Positions 30,601 to 34,105 of a stretch of 64,000 bases of DNA are shown here, one piece after another. The DNA lies in the NCBI GenBank assembly GCA_964519305.1, contig CAZFHY010000001.1, positions 218,132 through 282,131 of the forward strand. The letters are read 5' to 3'. The DNA is from Candidatus Undinarchaeota archaeon (lineage in GTDB: Archaea > SpSt-1190 > JASMDC01). The stretch's first letter is position 1. Each line of letters starts with the position of its first letter. Position numbers and translations under genes: made by a program. Under the pieces are notes generated by a model. It worked only from the letters and a program-made list of their open reading frames with translations, searched no databases and was not told the origin of the DNA.

Positions 30601-31721
30601 AGGTCCAGGCCATGGTCAAGCGATCGCTCGAAGAAGGTCGCGAGGTGAACGTCAAGCGCGACCTTAACGTGAAGAAGACGAACGAGGGCTTCCGCTCAAC
30701 GGTCGGGATCAAGCTCCGCAACGACGGGACCGATACTAAGAAGGGTGTACGCATCGTCGAGACCATCGATAAATCGATCGCAGGCGACGTCTCCCAGCTC
30801 GTGTTCGATCCGCCGCCGGACTTCATCCTCAAGGACGATCCCATCGTTGGATGGTACATCGACCTCCCACCAGACGAGGAAGTGGTCATCGAGTACAAGG
30901 TGGCCAAGGACCTAAGCGAGGCCAACGCATCTCAGTTCTCCCAGCCGGTCATCCTGGTCGAAGATACGGCCTGCGGGGACGGTGTCTGCGCTTCTGACGA
31001 GGACCTCACGACCTGCCCGGCAGACTGTACCTGCGGCAACGACAAGTGCGACGATGGCGAGGATTCGTCGACGTGCTGCTCCGACTGCCCGTGCGGTGAC
31101 GACTTCCTGTGTACTGCGGGAGGGTGCATCACCAAGGGAGAGTGCGGCGACGGCATCTGCGGTGAAGGCGAGGACCAGTCGTCCTGCTGTACCGACTGCG
31201 GCTGCCCGGCCGACACACTGTGCAGCGATGGCGCCTGCCGGACCGTCGAGACGGCCGCGGGCATCGGCAGCCCCCTTCTTGTGGGCGCGCTGATGGTCCT
31301 CATGGTGCTCACCGCGGGCTTGTCCGCAATCTCCCTGCGGTCGCATCGCGCTGTCATAGAAGAGGGGGTCACTGCCCGTATTGCCAAGCCTGAGCTGGTC
31401 ACCAAACCGGTAGCGCCGGTCGAGGAAAGGCCGCCCACATTCGACGAGCTGGCGGATAAGACAGCGGCGAGCGCCCTTACCCTCAGAAAGGAGATCGAGG
31501 AGCTCGGTCACCTGAAGGAGGAGGAGGCCGCGCTCATCGCCGAGGTCGTGGGCGCAGAACCTACACCGGTCCCCGTTCCGAGGACCTCGCTCCCCATCCT
31601 GGAGCGGCTCGAAGAGGAGAAACTGGCAGCGATCCTCGAGGTTCTCGACCGTCTCGAAGAGATCGAAGGGAAGGACAAAAAAGGCAAGACTGAAGTGGAA
31701 AAGGGCAACGGGGAGGCATAA
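6666..31721 (+). CDS. Giant (~8,351 aa) secreted, single-pass membrane-anchored repetitive surface protein
   Basis: Uninterrupted 25-kb ORF. ATG 6666 overlaps the vapC stop (ATGA) after GGAGG. Signal peptide MIMVDRNTLGTILVLGLMLCLVGA, Ser/Thr/Asp/Gly-rich beta repeats with paired Cys, CGDxxC repeats, TM helix at ~31263-31337, charged C-terminal tail. Confidence 0.93.
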   Translation: MIMVDRNTLGTILVLGLMLCLVGAEELDLEQASVNDRTGLTKNNDVAQTFIPTITGNVTKVYIKAAKNSALTAEDMTVQIRSVDAETHKPTSTILATATISASSIPSNSLVSGECPANADWVLADFSSSTYELTGDVEYALVIYRSSRGDTSTEYMICKSGANPYSDGSIYNAAAAAWTWSAASSDDLGFKLYLEKTRENIVAASQTTADATVAVYGDNWFSQIFRMDETADLSRMSFHVKKAGTPAGNLMFEIQSVTAGKPSGTFIAAGLPVLEGDVSTTSDWEVSRLGVTEKDPLATSSTPPAGAGGKNVLTDMKWAQAFKPGRTGNLTKVMLTVTHRATHCDYDLTVEIWDADTDGMPTGGSALATTVVSEADVPDYSESSFTEVEVVFDSPAVVRGGHMYALVLHADSCDVSHYYRWHSGCGSSTSSCYSRGSKSVNTGSGWTQDGNKDNENPHFAVYIGNNLTELSTGVDYALVAYSPLSADASNGFLISNANSNAYSDGTYVSSTDGGSAWTIDSAKDMTFRIYRQFLLVPQDDTLQGELPTALEGGSSSNDAVCIFSSAAGSPCATGETSKCHADAIGYVTEPSDNGSGVDYTVTIDESSNEIYHVYYCDGGTEVLHIIETHTAKEANTITVNVAAVKGEAHSELETAGAVDVFEELAATSQVDTATQSITDSGGDDYTVYFRSNVTDGKYYLRTKSTVSTKDYYGYVLFSASNGTTVTVDLDILAYGQVPTAMASGSVWMDDEADETDDTLYRGAITNTGSGYKYRFYHDGTTPMYLKADTDATHASPVLEESETVSSDTEWNVAVLTGNVPSSLAGDTIEVHPGTGDSCAGGTIHNSATVASGENYATYSVYLTPDASARYLYACESSTKVYYGSATIDDAGESVSFNIQGIHGDMHNDLATTSNYVVACSDLGGSALNTVNTNGQTYDGGSTYVYFQSTGTPDLVISSASGDCTQTNVVAAILDVTLDTTDYVNELQPNVKYAGDLIGDLGGGTVLVTATENSGVGCGMTPWIAKNTVDNVYEDTEDYRVYVQSGTSVYISFCKSSGSPSKLYMTTKSPSAGGDVNMEVGEVSGDLHADLDSASLNVVVCDDVGGNLVSSYSRTAADYDDTLSQYFETTATSTPDFIVTSGTDCSASNIRAVKRNAAVEADLTHTFTVATKVYGDVPSTLASGKFLAFTSTGKGCTDTTDLAASNTTVSDTSVDNDVSVHLTASSTYYLVWCTSGNTKVLEYQITPSSDTAVDAANFGGDAHADLATSSYHGVACTDIGGTALSTEDVTGSQYDGGSKVYYADTGGTPDLIISTSAGSCAAANLVAASLDVSAPASFASTFNPDTKIYGEVPAALASKTVKVYASNLDCSSAATVARGTLPADPVGGSNDAAVYVQSGGTTYYVNYCDGTTTLLERTEQHGSSGAYTLHVGQITGNLHDSLTDGDYVVACSDIGGSALNSESVTVSTYDTSGAQYYEATGTPDFLISSGGATDCTEANMVTSVHDVTIDTSDYLNGFHPDIKISGDVPSTLGSGYIKAFTGEPYTCGASGYWGKGSIAASVAGSGDYTLYLESGRSYYFTVCTSSNAYTLRRQKDLSSVADVDFDVGIFSATLHSDIANSTYHITMCDNVAGSALSSKDVDGGAINTSPVYYDATPAIAGTPDLVVGSSAASCAATNVVAAAIDNTIDTSDYANSVTIQAKFSGEVPASMASKTIQVFTSTQDCGATNDLVTYDTLHSNPTGISNDMMLYLQNGTSKNYHVAFCDSTTKLYYRAANDPSGDATFSIAEFTGTAHADLANASYYVVACGGIGGSALSTRAVTGTQYNAGTRVYFENVATPEVIISTSSQSCAATNLKAAKLDVTIPASLSASFSPGMKLHGEVPGTLAGKTVKVFTSDLGCTGTALVAQHTLHSAPLGITNDTVLYVEQGGTTYYIAFCDGTTNLLKRTRSEGSAGHAALNVAKVTGSLHADLAAAAYKVVACSDVGGSLLSSETVSTSTFNGGGTLYFESSSGTPDVVITSGTDCTASNLVAASLDTTPSSSDYAITFSPTAKIHGEVPASIAEKTVRVFTSDVGCSSDATKARQTLPASVSGSDDLKVYVPQGPTYYITLCDGSTKRLVRTKAVSSADVTFSVGGVHTSTTGKVHTDLEDSSHYIVACDAISGNLLSSESVTGTSYEGGTAYQYYEVSSDDSSVVLAVSSSASSCVTTGLSAARTESDMDRGEEVTFDPEAKGSGDIPNDDPTVRVFLTDPGSGACDTSGQLYASADTSTDSSQSDADYAVYGQNGVTYYLVFCNGTSRALETSTANIGTADIDVGRLQGEVHADLRSGDDVVSIHSANDCSSMVSSETVNPTAATPDYRIWFEDTTGGTYYIRTVVDSTYTQCGHAFTLTSQAKVQNMEGKISGIVPSSVLRMGLDYDSNGDDAWTTSFSSSAYRLFGDSADTSVLAHAYEDTGGSTEVLERTRNINTGDKTLDVAKVTAGEALHDDLDDADDHLVVCTLPGGSVLASEDITGTSYEGGNTLYFDATSQTTVYFGSSSASLDCTGSTLLTSTKQTSVSAGGHYRYIPKYKLTGDVPTGVDRALLFSAAGKGCTDVDGDLAGYDGNLAAGQSDNDYDLYVNKTDGSTFRLVFCNGASSLLQSAAQSSISAAVDIDVARVASGGASKVHDDLNSLFIVACTAPDGTVLTSESVTGTSFEGGSTYQYFEVTQSTAYFAVSGSASSCSAAGLSAAIKLSVAGGSDYTFSPEAKGAGDIPNGDPSVRMFVDDPGTDACGGSQIYVSSDSSTDASQSNADYAVYGQNGVTYYVVFCNGTTKALETTTTGIGTADIDVGRLHGEVHADLRTGSNDIIEVHDAGACSSAVSSETVNPVAGTPDYYIWFEDTGSTFYVRTSVDSGQYVQCGHAFTLTSQASTQDLETRVAGTMPSGVLRVGLDYDSNGDDTYSTTFQSSAFKLFGDNADSAVLVHAYEDTGGSTEVLERTRDLTAGDRTFDVARVTTPQAIHDDLDDTGDYIVACSAPGGSALVSESINGATFEGGTGNGDVLYVDVTGISDMYLAVTSSSLSCTGTNIITATKQSSLSGGSGYAYTPLYKVTGDVPSGPTYAKLFAAASKGCTDVDADLRGYDGSMTTAQSANDYDLYVNKTDSSTFYAVFCDGSNNRLFEASGRTVSGATTISLGKGSGEAHSDLENAGTADNIEVFSNSACTTEVSRHDTQPVENGSGVDYTVYFESTGVTTFYLKATKDAGANAQCGLSFTLTSQAATVQLDTKASGAVPSTVTSVGIDYGKTGSDDLVSKGSLGGSYALYGDVAQTSIDVHVYDSGGEVLERSKSLASDFVLDVAKVKSSGPIHGDLADGNHYALACKSPGSTKLNSKVVSGLNFNDGSTDLYFEKDGSQVFFTISTASDGCQVTAINGTTPQSSVTGGTTYYYTPSRRFSGKIPLGPTHVRLFSASGQTCTTGGLNFRGYDGGVSHGTASDYTIYTNATTSETFYVLFCDWSNNILLESTAKSVPDDLALSLARVGGTVHTDLTSKNIVVCSAIGDTGTRISSASVTGSQFNGGTYQYYEPSGSSVYFGVSSSSSSCASSDLSAAVSTTVAAGDTDTFTATDKATGDITANNPTVRLFISNPDTNACQSSGQDYVSSDTSTDSSQSNADYDVYGHDGQSYYMVFCEGTTALYESALITDLATADIDIARVHTSGANKVHADIKGSTYVVVCSAVGDSGASISTAELAASSYDNGGTSYMYFEVPGSGDVYFALSTSGTSCASSNLRAGIKTSTSPGATVTFDPVGKLKGDIPSDNPSVRVFTEDPGSSACLATGQDYIAADTSTDYTQNDADYAVYGQDGDTYYVVYCDGTSKGVQATVSSLAQAGTDLDVGKVSGDTHTSLETAGDGNDRVDVYSDSSCTTKVSSETVQPADANNPDYSILFTDTTAGTYYIKTTVVASGKTYEACGTPFTLTSQTKTNHHLTARLSGTVPVDVPRIGLDYDDNGDDTYTTTFEDQVYMLFGDATDTQVRVHAYEDTGGSTEVLERVKSLAGGTVGFDVAKVRALEAAIHDDLDDSGDHVVVCTAPGGSALVSEDITGTSFEGVSGNILYFDATSLSEAFLAISSGALDCTATNLATVTRIASPSGGSGYQYTPLYKVTGDIPAGISYVKLFSSASQACTAASTTLRGYDGALLTGQSANDYDLYVNKTEGTTLYAVFCDSSNARLFEASGRTVSGNLALHIGKISGEAHSDLENAGTADNVEVFTGATCTSEVSRHDTQPAENGSGVDYTAWFESTGASTFYVKITKDAGANVQCGHSLSLTSQAATVPLHGKAAGSVHADILKMGLDHNRDGTDEVRTSSTLSGSYAIYGDGGDSEVDIHAYLTGDAESLERLKDLTSAVTLDISKVTAEAHKHLDDDGSVQVYATSTCTEARSTATDVSDSGGADVTVYFDATGASTFYLKAATSTNSTCGNAITPDGNRVATADLTGAITGTVHTDITTVSADLDEAGGAEASTSVVSGGYALYTDGSDTSLTVSFDTTGGAVLSRSGKNLAGAAGKNLDVDAGRLTGDVHADLRTGGNDVVEVYDDGACASKVSSATVNPTAATPDYTIYFEDTGSNFYIKTSVDSTYVQCGHQFTLTSQAKVVDLTARVAGTVPSAIKRIGLDQSRDGNDEAWTTTFSSGGYKLFGDAADTAVDVHAFEDTSGSTEVLERTRDLSGVSVSFDIVSIAAGGALHDDLDDTSDHVVACSLPGGSALTSEDITGTAYEGGDTLYVDTSGVTDIYLTVTDSSHSCTSSDLVTVTKQSSVTAGGTYGYRPLYKVTGDIPSSINGARLFTASGKGCSDVDGTFAGYDGAINSGLSANDYDLYVNATDSDTFYVVYCTGSTRVLQSTSQSSISSNVAVSVARISSGGADKVSNDLNAANVLVCTAPGGTRLSSETVTGSSFDGGSTYQHFETSGETAYAVLSSSTTSCASADLQSGVKLTSIAGGGSYTFSPSVFQSGDIPNDNPTVRLFIDDPGTGACGGGQAYVSSDTSTDSGQSSDDYKVYGQDGATYYVVFCNGTDRVLEASTSNIGAADIDVGRLQGEVHADLRTGGNDVIEVHDASSCASAVSTETVNPAAGTPDYLIWFKDTGGSFYIKTSMDSTYVQCGHQFSLSAQAKVQDLTGSTAGSVHSDVLRMGLDYDTNGDDTWTTTFSSGAYKLFGDADDTTVQVHAFTDTSGSTEVLERSKSLASDVTLNVGRLTGDTHGDLETGGNDVVEVHDASTCASAVSSATVNPSDAANPDYTIFFEDAGGTLYIKTSVDSTYVQCGHAFTTTSRAKVQPLTTRIDGTVHTDVLRMGLDYAADGDDSWTTTFSSGAYKLFGDAADTSVQVHAFTDTSGSTEVLERSKSLASDVTLNVGRLTGDTHGDLETGGNDVVEVHDASTCASAVSSATVNPSDAANPDYTIFFEDAGGTLYIKTSVDSTYVQCGHAFTTTSRAKVQPLTAKVSGTVHTDVLRMGLDYATDGDDTWTTTFSSSAYRLFGDATDTTVQVHAYTDTSGSTEVLERGKSLASDVTFNVGRLTGDAHSDLETGGNDIVEVHDASNCASAVSSTTVNPSDAANPDYTIFFEDAGGTLYIKTSVDSTYVQCGHAFTTSSRAKVQPLTALIAGTVPSDIKRIGLDYATDGDDAWTTSFSSSAYKLFGDAADTSVLTHAFEDTGGATEVLERSKSLAGVNVPFDIVSVRALEDAIHVDLDDTAHHIVACSAPGGTALVSEDITGQAFEGVTIGDRLYIDMSGLSQLYLGVSTTALDCTATKLNTTTLLTGLQAGSSYQYTPIHKVSGDIPAGVSYVKLFTLTSQACTAAGTSLRGYDGLPDASPSANDYDLYVNRTEAQSVYIVFCDGSNARLFETTAKSGITGDLAVHLGKASGEAHSDLENAGTADNVEVFSDNTCTTEVSRHDVQPAVSAGVDYTVWFESTGTTAFYLEVTKDAAATQCGHGFTLSSQEATVELDGKASGTVHSDITKVGLDYGKDGTDNVWTTSTLSGTYAVYGDADYSSLHVHAYITGNVEVLEREKSITSDAVMNIARIASGGSGSVHDDLDTAKVIVCTAPDGSVLSTRDVAGSQYDAGTAHQYFEVTQATAYALVSSSTTSCTSADLRAGIKLTGLAGGQALVFSPAVKGSGDLPDDEPTVRLFLDDPGTGACGTGQVYVSSDTDTNSSKSDADYDVYGQNGITYYLVFCNGTNRILERSTSALGSADIDVGRLQGEVHVDLRNGGNDVIEVHSANTCASAVSTETVNPAAGTPDYIIWFEDSGSTLYIKTSVDADTYVQCGHAFTTTSQAKVQDLETRLAGTVHADVKRMGLDYDSNGDDTWTTTIPSSQYRLYGDKTDASILAHAYENTGGTTELLERTKALNAGDIVLDISRITGAVHTDLGGAQDKVRVYSDGDCTQELSSGTSSYHYSSGTYRTFFEHTTTSGYYSLDAQDADTGNVTRGLRVAASSVPASNVDLNIKLSGVVPDAVRTVAVDLAGDGVTASGGDPWAVLVKGAYRLYGPADATTQVRMWAESSPQSTAPLLQRARKLSSDAVLNVTTITGNVHSELKNNTDVVKVHASSAYDSELTNGTGSYHVSGSTYTVYLEDVHASGYYYLDVLDANSNNRTRGIRVAVDGTTDGAEATGIDLDVRLAGVVPAAFPSVALDLAKDGFTQTSGDPWTPDAKSSYMIFFGGDTDAYVQLYTTATPPGGTPPRLTRSIAKDTIFNVTAVTGTLHADLVSSASDETLAVYGGSDYEHRLSAGKDTVQMTGSNYKVYFDDVHASGQYYLQVNDSKGNVTRGSRFVPDGALDGLEKTGLDITAKLFGVVPPDVKTVSVDMAGDGTGPGDAYVNISDTTAPMTYAVYLPGTAWSVVHAHTGSHTSAPVLNRTRALPANSNAELNVTRITGKMHADLIHDNDTITAWGDANYTVEYTNGTTSYVPVNGTAPTYTTYIEDVLASGYYYLQVYEGATKDATKGLRVVPDGVVDGIEKENFDITVRIKGTVPDDVTLIETNTSSSSGDPYVANVSRSYHAYIPASQDNSTIFFINSSKLKEGKALAIIHNTTKVLDRDQSVSLALIHGEAHPLLETGNTKAFLSLKSDCSERLSTSKETTISDRSTRSDVELFYEFEATPVYVCINAPVTGGSLSIIRRANITEGEIMWQNFDVFVNGTVLDETVNGTVLAGLDLAASWDKDTADALSWETKVNLIGTTFRTFLDGNDTEHRVKVLRADGRPRILLRSGAAQSIEVVENTTSFTSTRLATDEPSLNWTKRFHMSNHGSAGVSMNLTYAPDQTSKDTAAVSLGARTMSTLQYNYTTPTPRIDSTALKITRKADGSGEHWEQTHDLVFLNSQEFTTKHLTGIIMQVWNDHRTSYIDDAWERNTTATSGETSIKDNTLYALRMVPHEYKDEYAYVEWNVPVIREYPSMRYRVKGYAPYPGSVGVGSGGSSSSTGGATSSGGTTTSSGGGATGGYVMDATFDITCNGGSVLSATSGSSAKLTCNFTELEGSVEALDVSVSVSGTSIRPDPQTFLLPALAHWIYKDEAQTLKDHVEYSRLKDIIMTTDIVCATTDVNIQVRGVFEREDEKSFVNETTVTIRLLRDDEACPICGDKLCEGGETSATCPGDCPLDLSGCGDNNCAGDEDADNCPGDCTKCGDGKCTGNETSATCCTDCACAAGTSCDPAQLLCLPDTVCGDNKCEEGEDLAGCPEDCSVCGDKQCTGDETTATCCADCGCPDGFACDLICLPVSICGDGTCDIDETTATCEKDCAVCGDGECSGDENQTSCCADCGCPDDGVCNRVLSICQISTCGDNKCEGGEVLTCPSDCATCGDGTCAPDETCCSDCGCFGEEECDTITQQCVVVGKEVSRSFDYQDEKEEEVGTGTGTGDVSGSGTGTATGTGDVSGTGSGTGAEPSAATKRKEERKRTVSSIAALVTKSRMATSGTSGGTSSSSVVAAKQVQAMVKRSLEEGREVNVKRDLNVKKTNEGFRSTVGIKLRNDGTDTKKGVRIVETIDKSIAGDVSQLVFDPPPDFILKDDPIVGWYIDLPPDEEVVIEYKVAKDLSEANASQFSQPVILVEDTACGDGVCASDEDLTTCPADCTCGNDKCDDGEDSSTCCSDCPCGDDFLCTAGGCITKGECGDGICGEGEDQSSCCTDCGCPADTLCSDGACRTVETAAGIGSPLLVGALMVLMVLTAGLSAISLRSHRAVIEEGVTARIAKPELVTKPVAPVEERPPTFDELADKTAASALTLRKEIEELGHLKEEEAALIAEVVGAEPTPVPVPRTSLPILERLEEEKLAAILEVLDRLEEIEGKDKKGKTEVEKGNGEA
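22161..23609 (+). repeat. Three tandem 483-bp (161-aa) intragenic repeats, plus a partial fourth to ~23800
   Basis: Equivalent positions at 22371, 22854 and 23337 (period 483). Units start at 22161, 22644, 23127 and 23610. Confidence 0.92.
29538..31240 (+). repeat. Cys-rich CGDxxC...CPxDC / CCxDCGC repeats in two blocks (~29538-30305 and ~30971-31240)
   Basis: Repeated CGDKLCEGGETSATCPGDC, CGDGKCTGNETSATCCTDC, CGDGICGEGEDQSSCCTDC in the giant ORF. Confidence 0.9.
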
Positions 31722-31813
31722 TTCCTCCCCGTCAAAACACCTCAAGTATAGTTTTAAAAACGGTTATTCAGCCGAAAAAGGGGGGCATGGGCCCGACGTA
31801 GGTCATTCAGTCC

Positions 31814-31828
31814 CGAAAACTTTATAAA
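31814..31828 (+). promoter_or_regulatory. BRE-TATA promoter upstream of the tfb leader
   Basis: CGAAAA-C-TTTATAAA, close to the archaeal consensus, ~210 nt before the tfb ATG. Confidence 0.75.
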
Positions 31829-31850
31829 CAACCTTTCCCATTGTGAATGA

Positions 31851-31994
31851 GGTTGAAGGCGGGGAGGTCAGAAACCTTGGCCATTACCCCTTTAGTAGGG
31901 GGATTAGCCAAGCGGGGACGAGAGAGGAACTGGAGCGCACCAACGCGCCCCAAACAGGCTTCTACGGTCTCTACTGATTATACCGACTTCAATT
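31851..31994 (+). ncRNA. Candidate structured RNA / 5' leader of tfb
   Basis: Long-range pairing TTGAAG(G)CGG with CCG(A)CTTCAA, and GGTCAG with CTGATT. Internal hairpin CTTGGC...CCCCT-TTAGT-AGGGG...GCCAAG. Folded by eye only. Confidence 0.4.
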
Positions 31995-32037
31995 CAGGGG
32001 AAATACCGTTTATCGGTTTTTGGAGGGACAGTACGAG

Positions 32038-33006
32038 ATGGACTTGAATGCTGAAATACAGGTAATCTCTGAGTACGGTGTGAGCGAGTGCCCAGAATGC
32101 GGTAGTGACAAGCTATTCCAGGACGGGAACCGTGCCGAGATCATTTGTAATAGCTGTGGGCTCGTGATCGAGGACTCGATCGTGGACTGCAGTAAGGAAT
32201 GGCGCGAGTTCGATGATGAGGGCTCGGACCGACGCAAGCGTGTCGGTGCACCGCTCTCGCTATCGAGACATGACCAAGGCTTGTCCACGAACGTGGGCGC
32301 CTCAGTAGCGGAGATATACAAGCTCCCCCCGAGCAAGCGCTCGCAATACTTCCGGCTCAAGAAGTGGCAAGGCCGCTTCGCCACCGCCAAGGAGCGGAGC
32401 CTGAAGTACGCGCTCTCGGAACTGAAGCGCTACATATCATATCTGGACATCCCGAAGAACGTAGAAGAGGCCACTGCCCTCATCTACCGCCGCGCGGTGG
32501 AGAAGGGTATGGTGCGCGGGCGCTCCATGGAGAGCCTCGTGGCCGGCGCGCTCTACGCCGCCTGCCGGCAGCACGGCTGCCCCCGCACACTCAAGGAGAT
32601 ATCAGAGGTCTCCTCTATCACAAAGCGCGATATCGGAAAGGCCTACCGGTTCATCGCCCGAGAGTTCGGCATCAAGGTGCTGCCCACGTCGTCCACGGAC
32701 TTCGTGCCGCGCTTTGCCACCATGCTCGAACTGAGCGGCGAGATCCAGGCCAAGGCCTTCGAGATCATCAAGGATGCCAAGGACAAGGAAATCACCTCGG
32801 GCAAGGACCCCCGGGGCGTTGCCATCGCGGCACTCTACCTAGCCGCCCGCATGGAAGGCAAGAAGATGGCACAGAAGGAGGCCGCCAAGGTCGCCGGTAT
32901 CACGGAGATAACTCTCCGGAACAGGTACAAGGAGCTCGTGCGTGAACTCGAGCTCTCGAACAACTCCATGTCCCGTCGCGAGCGGCGCAAGAACCGCGCC
33001 GAGTGA
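32038..33006 (+). CDS. tfb: Transcription initiation factor IIB
   Basis: Zn ribbon CPECGS...CNSCG, B-reader EWREF, two cyclin repeats (RGRSMESLVAGALYAACR; SGKDPRGVAIAALY; EITLRNRYKEL). Confidence 0.97.
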   Translation: MDLNAEIQVISEYGVSECPECGSDKLFQDGNRAEIICNSCGLVIEDSIVDCSKEWREFDDEGSDRRKRVGAPLSLSRHDQGLSTNVGASVAEIYKLPPSKRSQYFRLKKWQGRFATAKERSLKYALSELKRYISYLDIPKNVEEATALIYRRAVEKGMVRGRSMESLVAGALYAACRQHGCPRTLKEISEVSSITKRDIGKAYRFIAREFGIKVLPTSSTDFVPRFATMLELSGEIQAKAFEIIKDAKDKEITSGKDPRGVAIAALYLAARMEGKKMAQKEAAKVAGITEITLRNRYKELVRELELSNNSMSRRERRKNRAE

Positions 33007-33037
33007 CGATACACGGAGAAGCATTCAAGGGAACGGA

Positions 33038-33083
33038 CCGGGGGCAGTAACCGCCCCCGGACGATCCCTGAACCTATTTTTTT
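33038..33083 (+). terminator. Putative terminator after tfb
   Basis: Perfect 8-bp stem CCGGGGGC/GCCCCCGG (33038-33060), then T7 at 33077-33083. Confidence 0.6.
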
Positions 33084-33125
33084 CGCACCAGCTTTGAGAA
33101 TGCACCCAACAGCAGGCTTAAGAAA

Positions 33126-34100
33126 GTGACTTCTTCAGATATCGGTGTGGGAAAGGACAAGGGGAGCACGTCCAGAGAGGATATCGCGTCGTGCGAAGGC
33201 TGTCCGCCTCGGGACAGTAGCGCCACGTACGCTATCGCTGCCGTGGCCATTGTTCTCGTGTTCCTCGCGCTCCAGGGAGGTTCGCCACCGACAGCCGTAC
33301 CAGCCGATGGTGGGTTTGAGCTCGAACTGGTATCGAAAGCACCGAGCGGCTGCCCTGGGACGAACGTCACCGTCCTCGTGAGGGTGGCCAACCGCCGACG
33401 TGAATCACTGGAGCTGAAACTCAACCTAGAAGGACGCTTGCTCTTCGCCCTTCCGCAGTCAGTTCCCCTTTCCAGCGGTGAGGAGCTGACGGTTGCAATG
33501 GAGGTCGAGCTCCCTCGCGAGGCAATTGGCAAGGTCCCGTTCACAGTATTCTGCTCTGCCCGCATGGGTACCCGGGACGTCCCCTTGGAGCTGTCCGTCA
33601 CGGACACTCTCACTATCCGCTCCTGCGGCGAGGCGACGCCCGAACCATCGACAGCGCCCTCGGCCTTTGAACTGCCACTTGAGGCGCTCATCCCGTCCCT
33701 TGCTGAGCGAAGGGCCAAGACAGCCGCGCTCCTTGCCGCTTGCGAGGTGAAGGACGACCTGTTCGACCGGGAGAACTGCATCGGTGATGCGGCCGTGGAG
33801 GCGAGGAACGTCTCCCTTTGCGATGACCTCACCATCGAAGGTCTGCGCGACTGGTGCTACTCCACGTTCTTCGCTCCCGGGGGTGATCCGTCCATCTGTG
33901 ATAACGTGGTCGGTGCCGATAACCGGGCCTTCTGCCTTGCCCTCGTCACACTGGATCCCGCTATGTGCGAGCAGGTGGAGAGCCCGCTGAACCGTAACGT
34001 GTGCATCACCAACCTCGCTCAGAACAGTAAAGATGCCAGCATGTGCGAGCGGATCAGCGATCCGACAGCACGCGCGACATGCGTCGAGACCTGCGGATAG
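33126..34100 (+). CDS. Membrane-anchored protein with Ig-like domain and C-terminal Cys-paired helical repeats
   Basis: TM YAIAAVAIVLVFLAL. Repeats of the form CxxI...RDxC (CDDLTIEGLRDWC, CEQVESPLNRNVC, CERISDPTARATC). The start may be GTG 33147. Confidence 0.75.
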   Translation: MTSSDIGVGKDKGSTSREDIASCEGCPPRDSSATYAIAAVAIVLVFLALQGGSPPTAVPADGGFELELVSKAPSGCPGTNVTVLVRVANRRRESLELKLNLEGRLLFALPQSVPLSSGEELTVAMEVELPREAIGKVPFTVFCSARMGTRDVPLELSVTDTLTIRSCGEATPEPSTAPSAFELPLEALIPSLAERRAKTAALLAACEVKDDLFDRENCIGDAAVEARNVSLCDDLTIEGLRDWCYSTFFAPGGDPSICDNVVGADNRAFCLALVTLDPAMCEQVESPLNRNVCITNLAQNSKDASMCERISDPTARATCVETCG

Positions 34101-34105
34101 GAACG

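Noticed and set aside
6984-31745. Many antisense and alternate-frame ORFs within the giant gene (e.g. 29342-30292, 8289-9044)
   Set aside because: Shadow ORFs expected from GC-rich codon bias; they mirror the repeats and carry no independent motifs.
5640-31800. TA plus giant gene as an integrated mobile element
   Set aside because: No integrase, transposase, tRNA target or flanking direct repeats were seen, and composition resembles the neighbouring genes.
31851-31994. RNase P, SRP, 5S or C/D sRNA identity for the tfb leader; Gar1 identity for the uORF
   Set aside because: GAGGAA is present but the other RNase P conserved regions are not. No SRP or 5S motifs, box spacing is wrong for C/D, and the uORF does not resemble Gar1.
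33025-33071. Hairpin after tfb as an archaeal SECIS element (GAA/A-like bulge)
   Set aside because: Poor fit to the consensus, no in-frame UGA in adjacent genes, and the T-tract favours a terminator.
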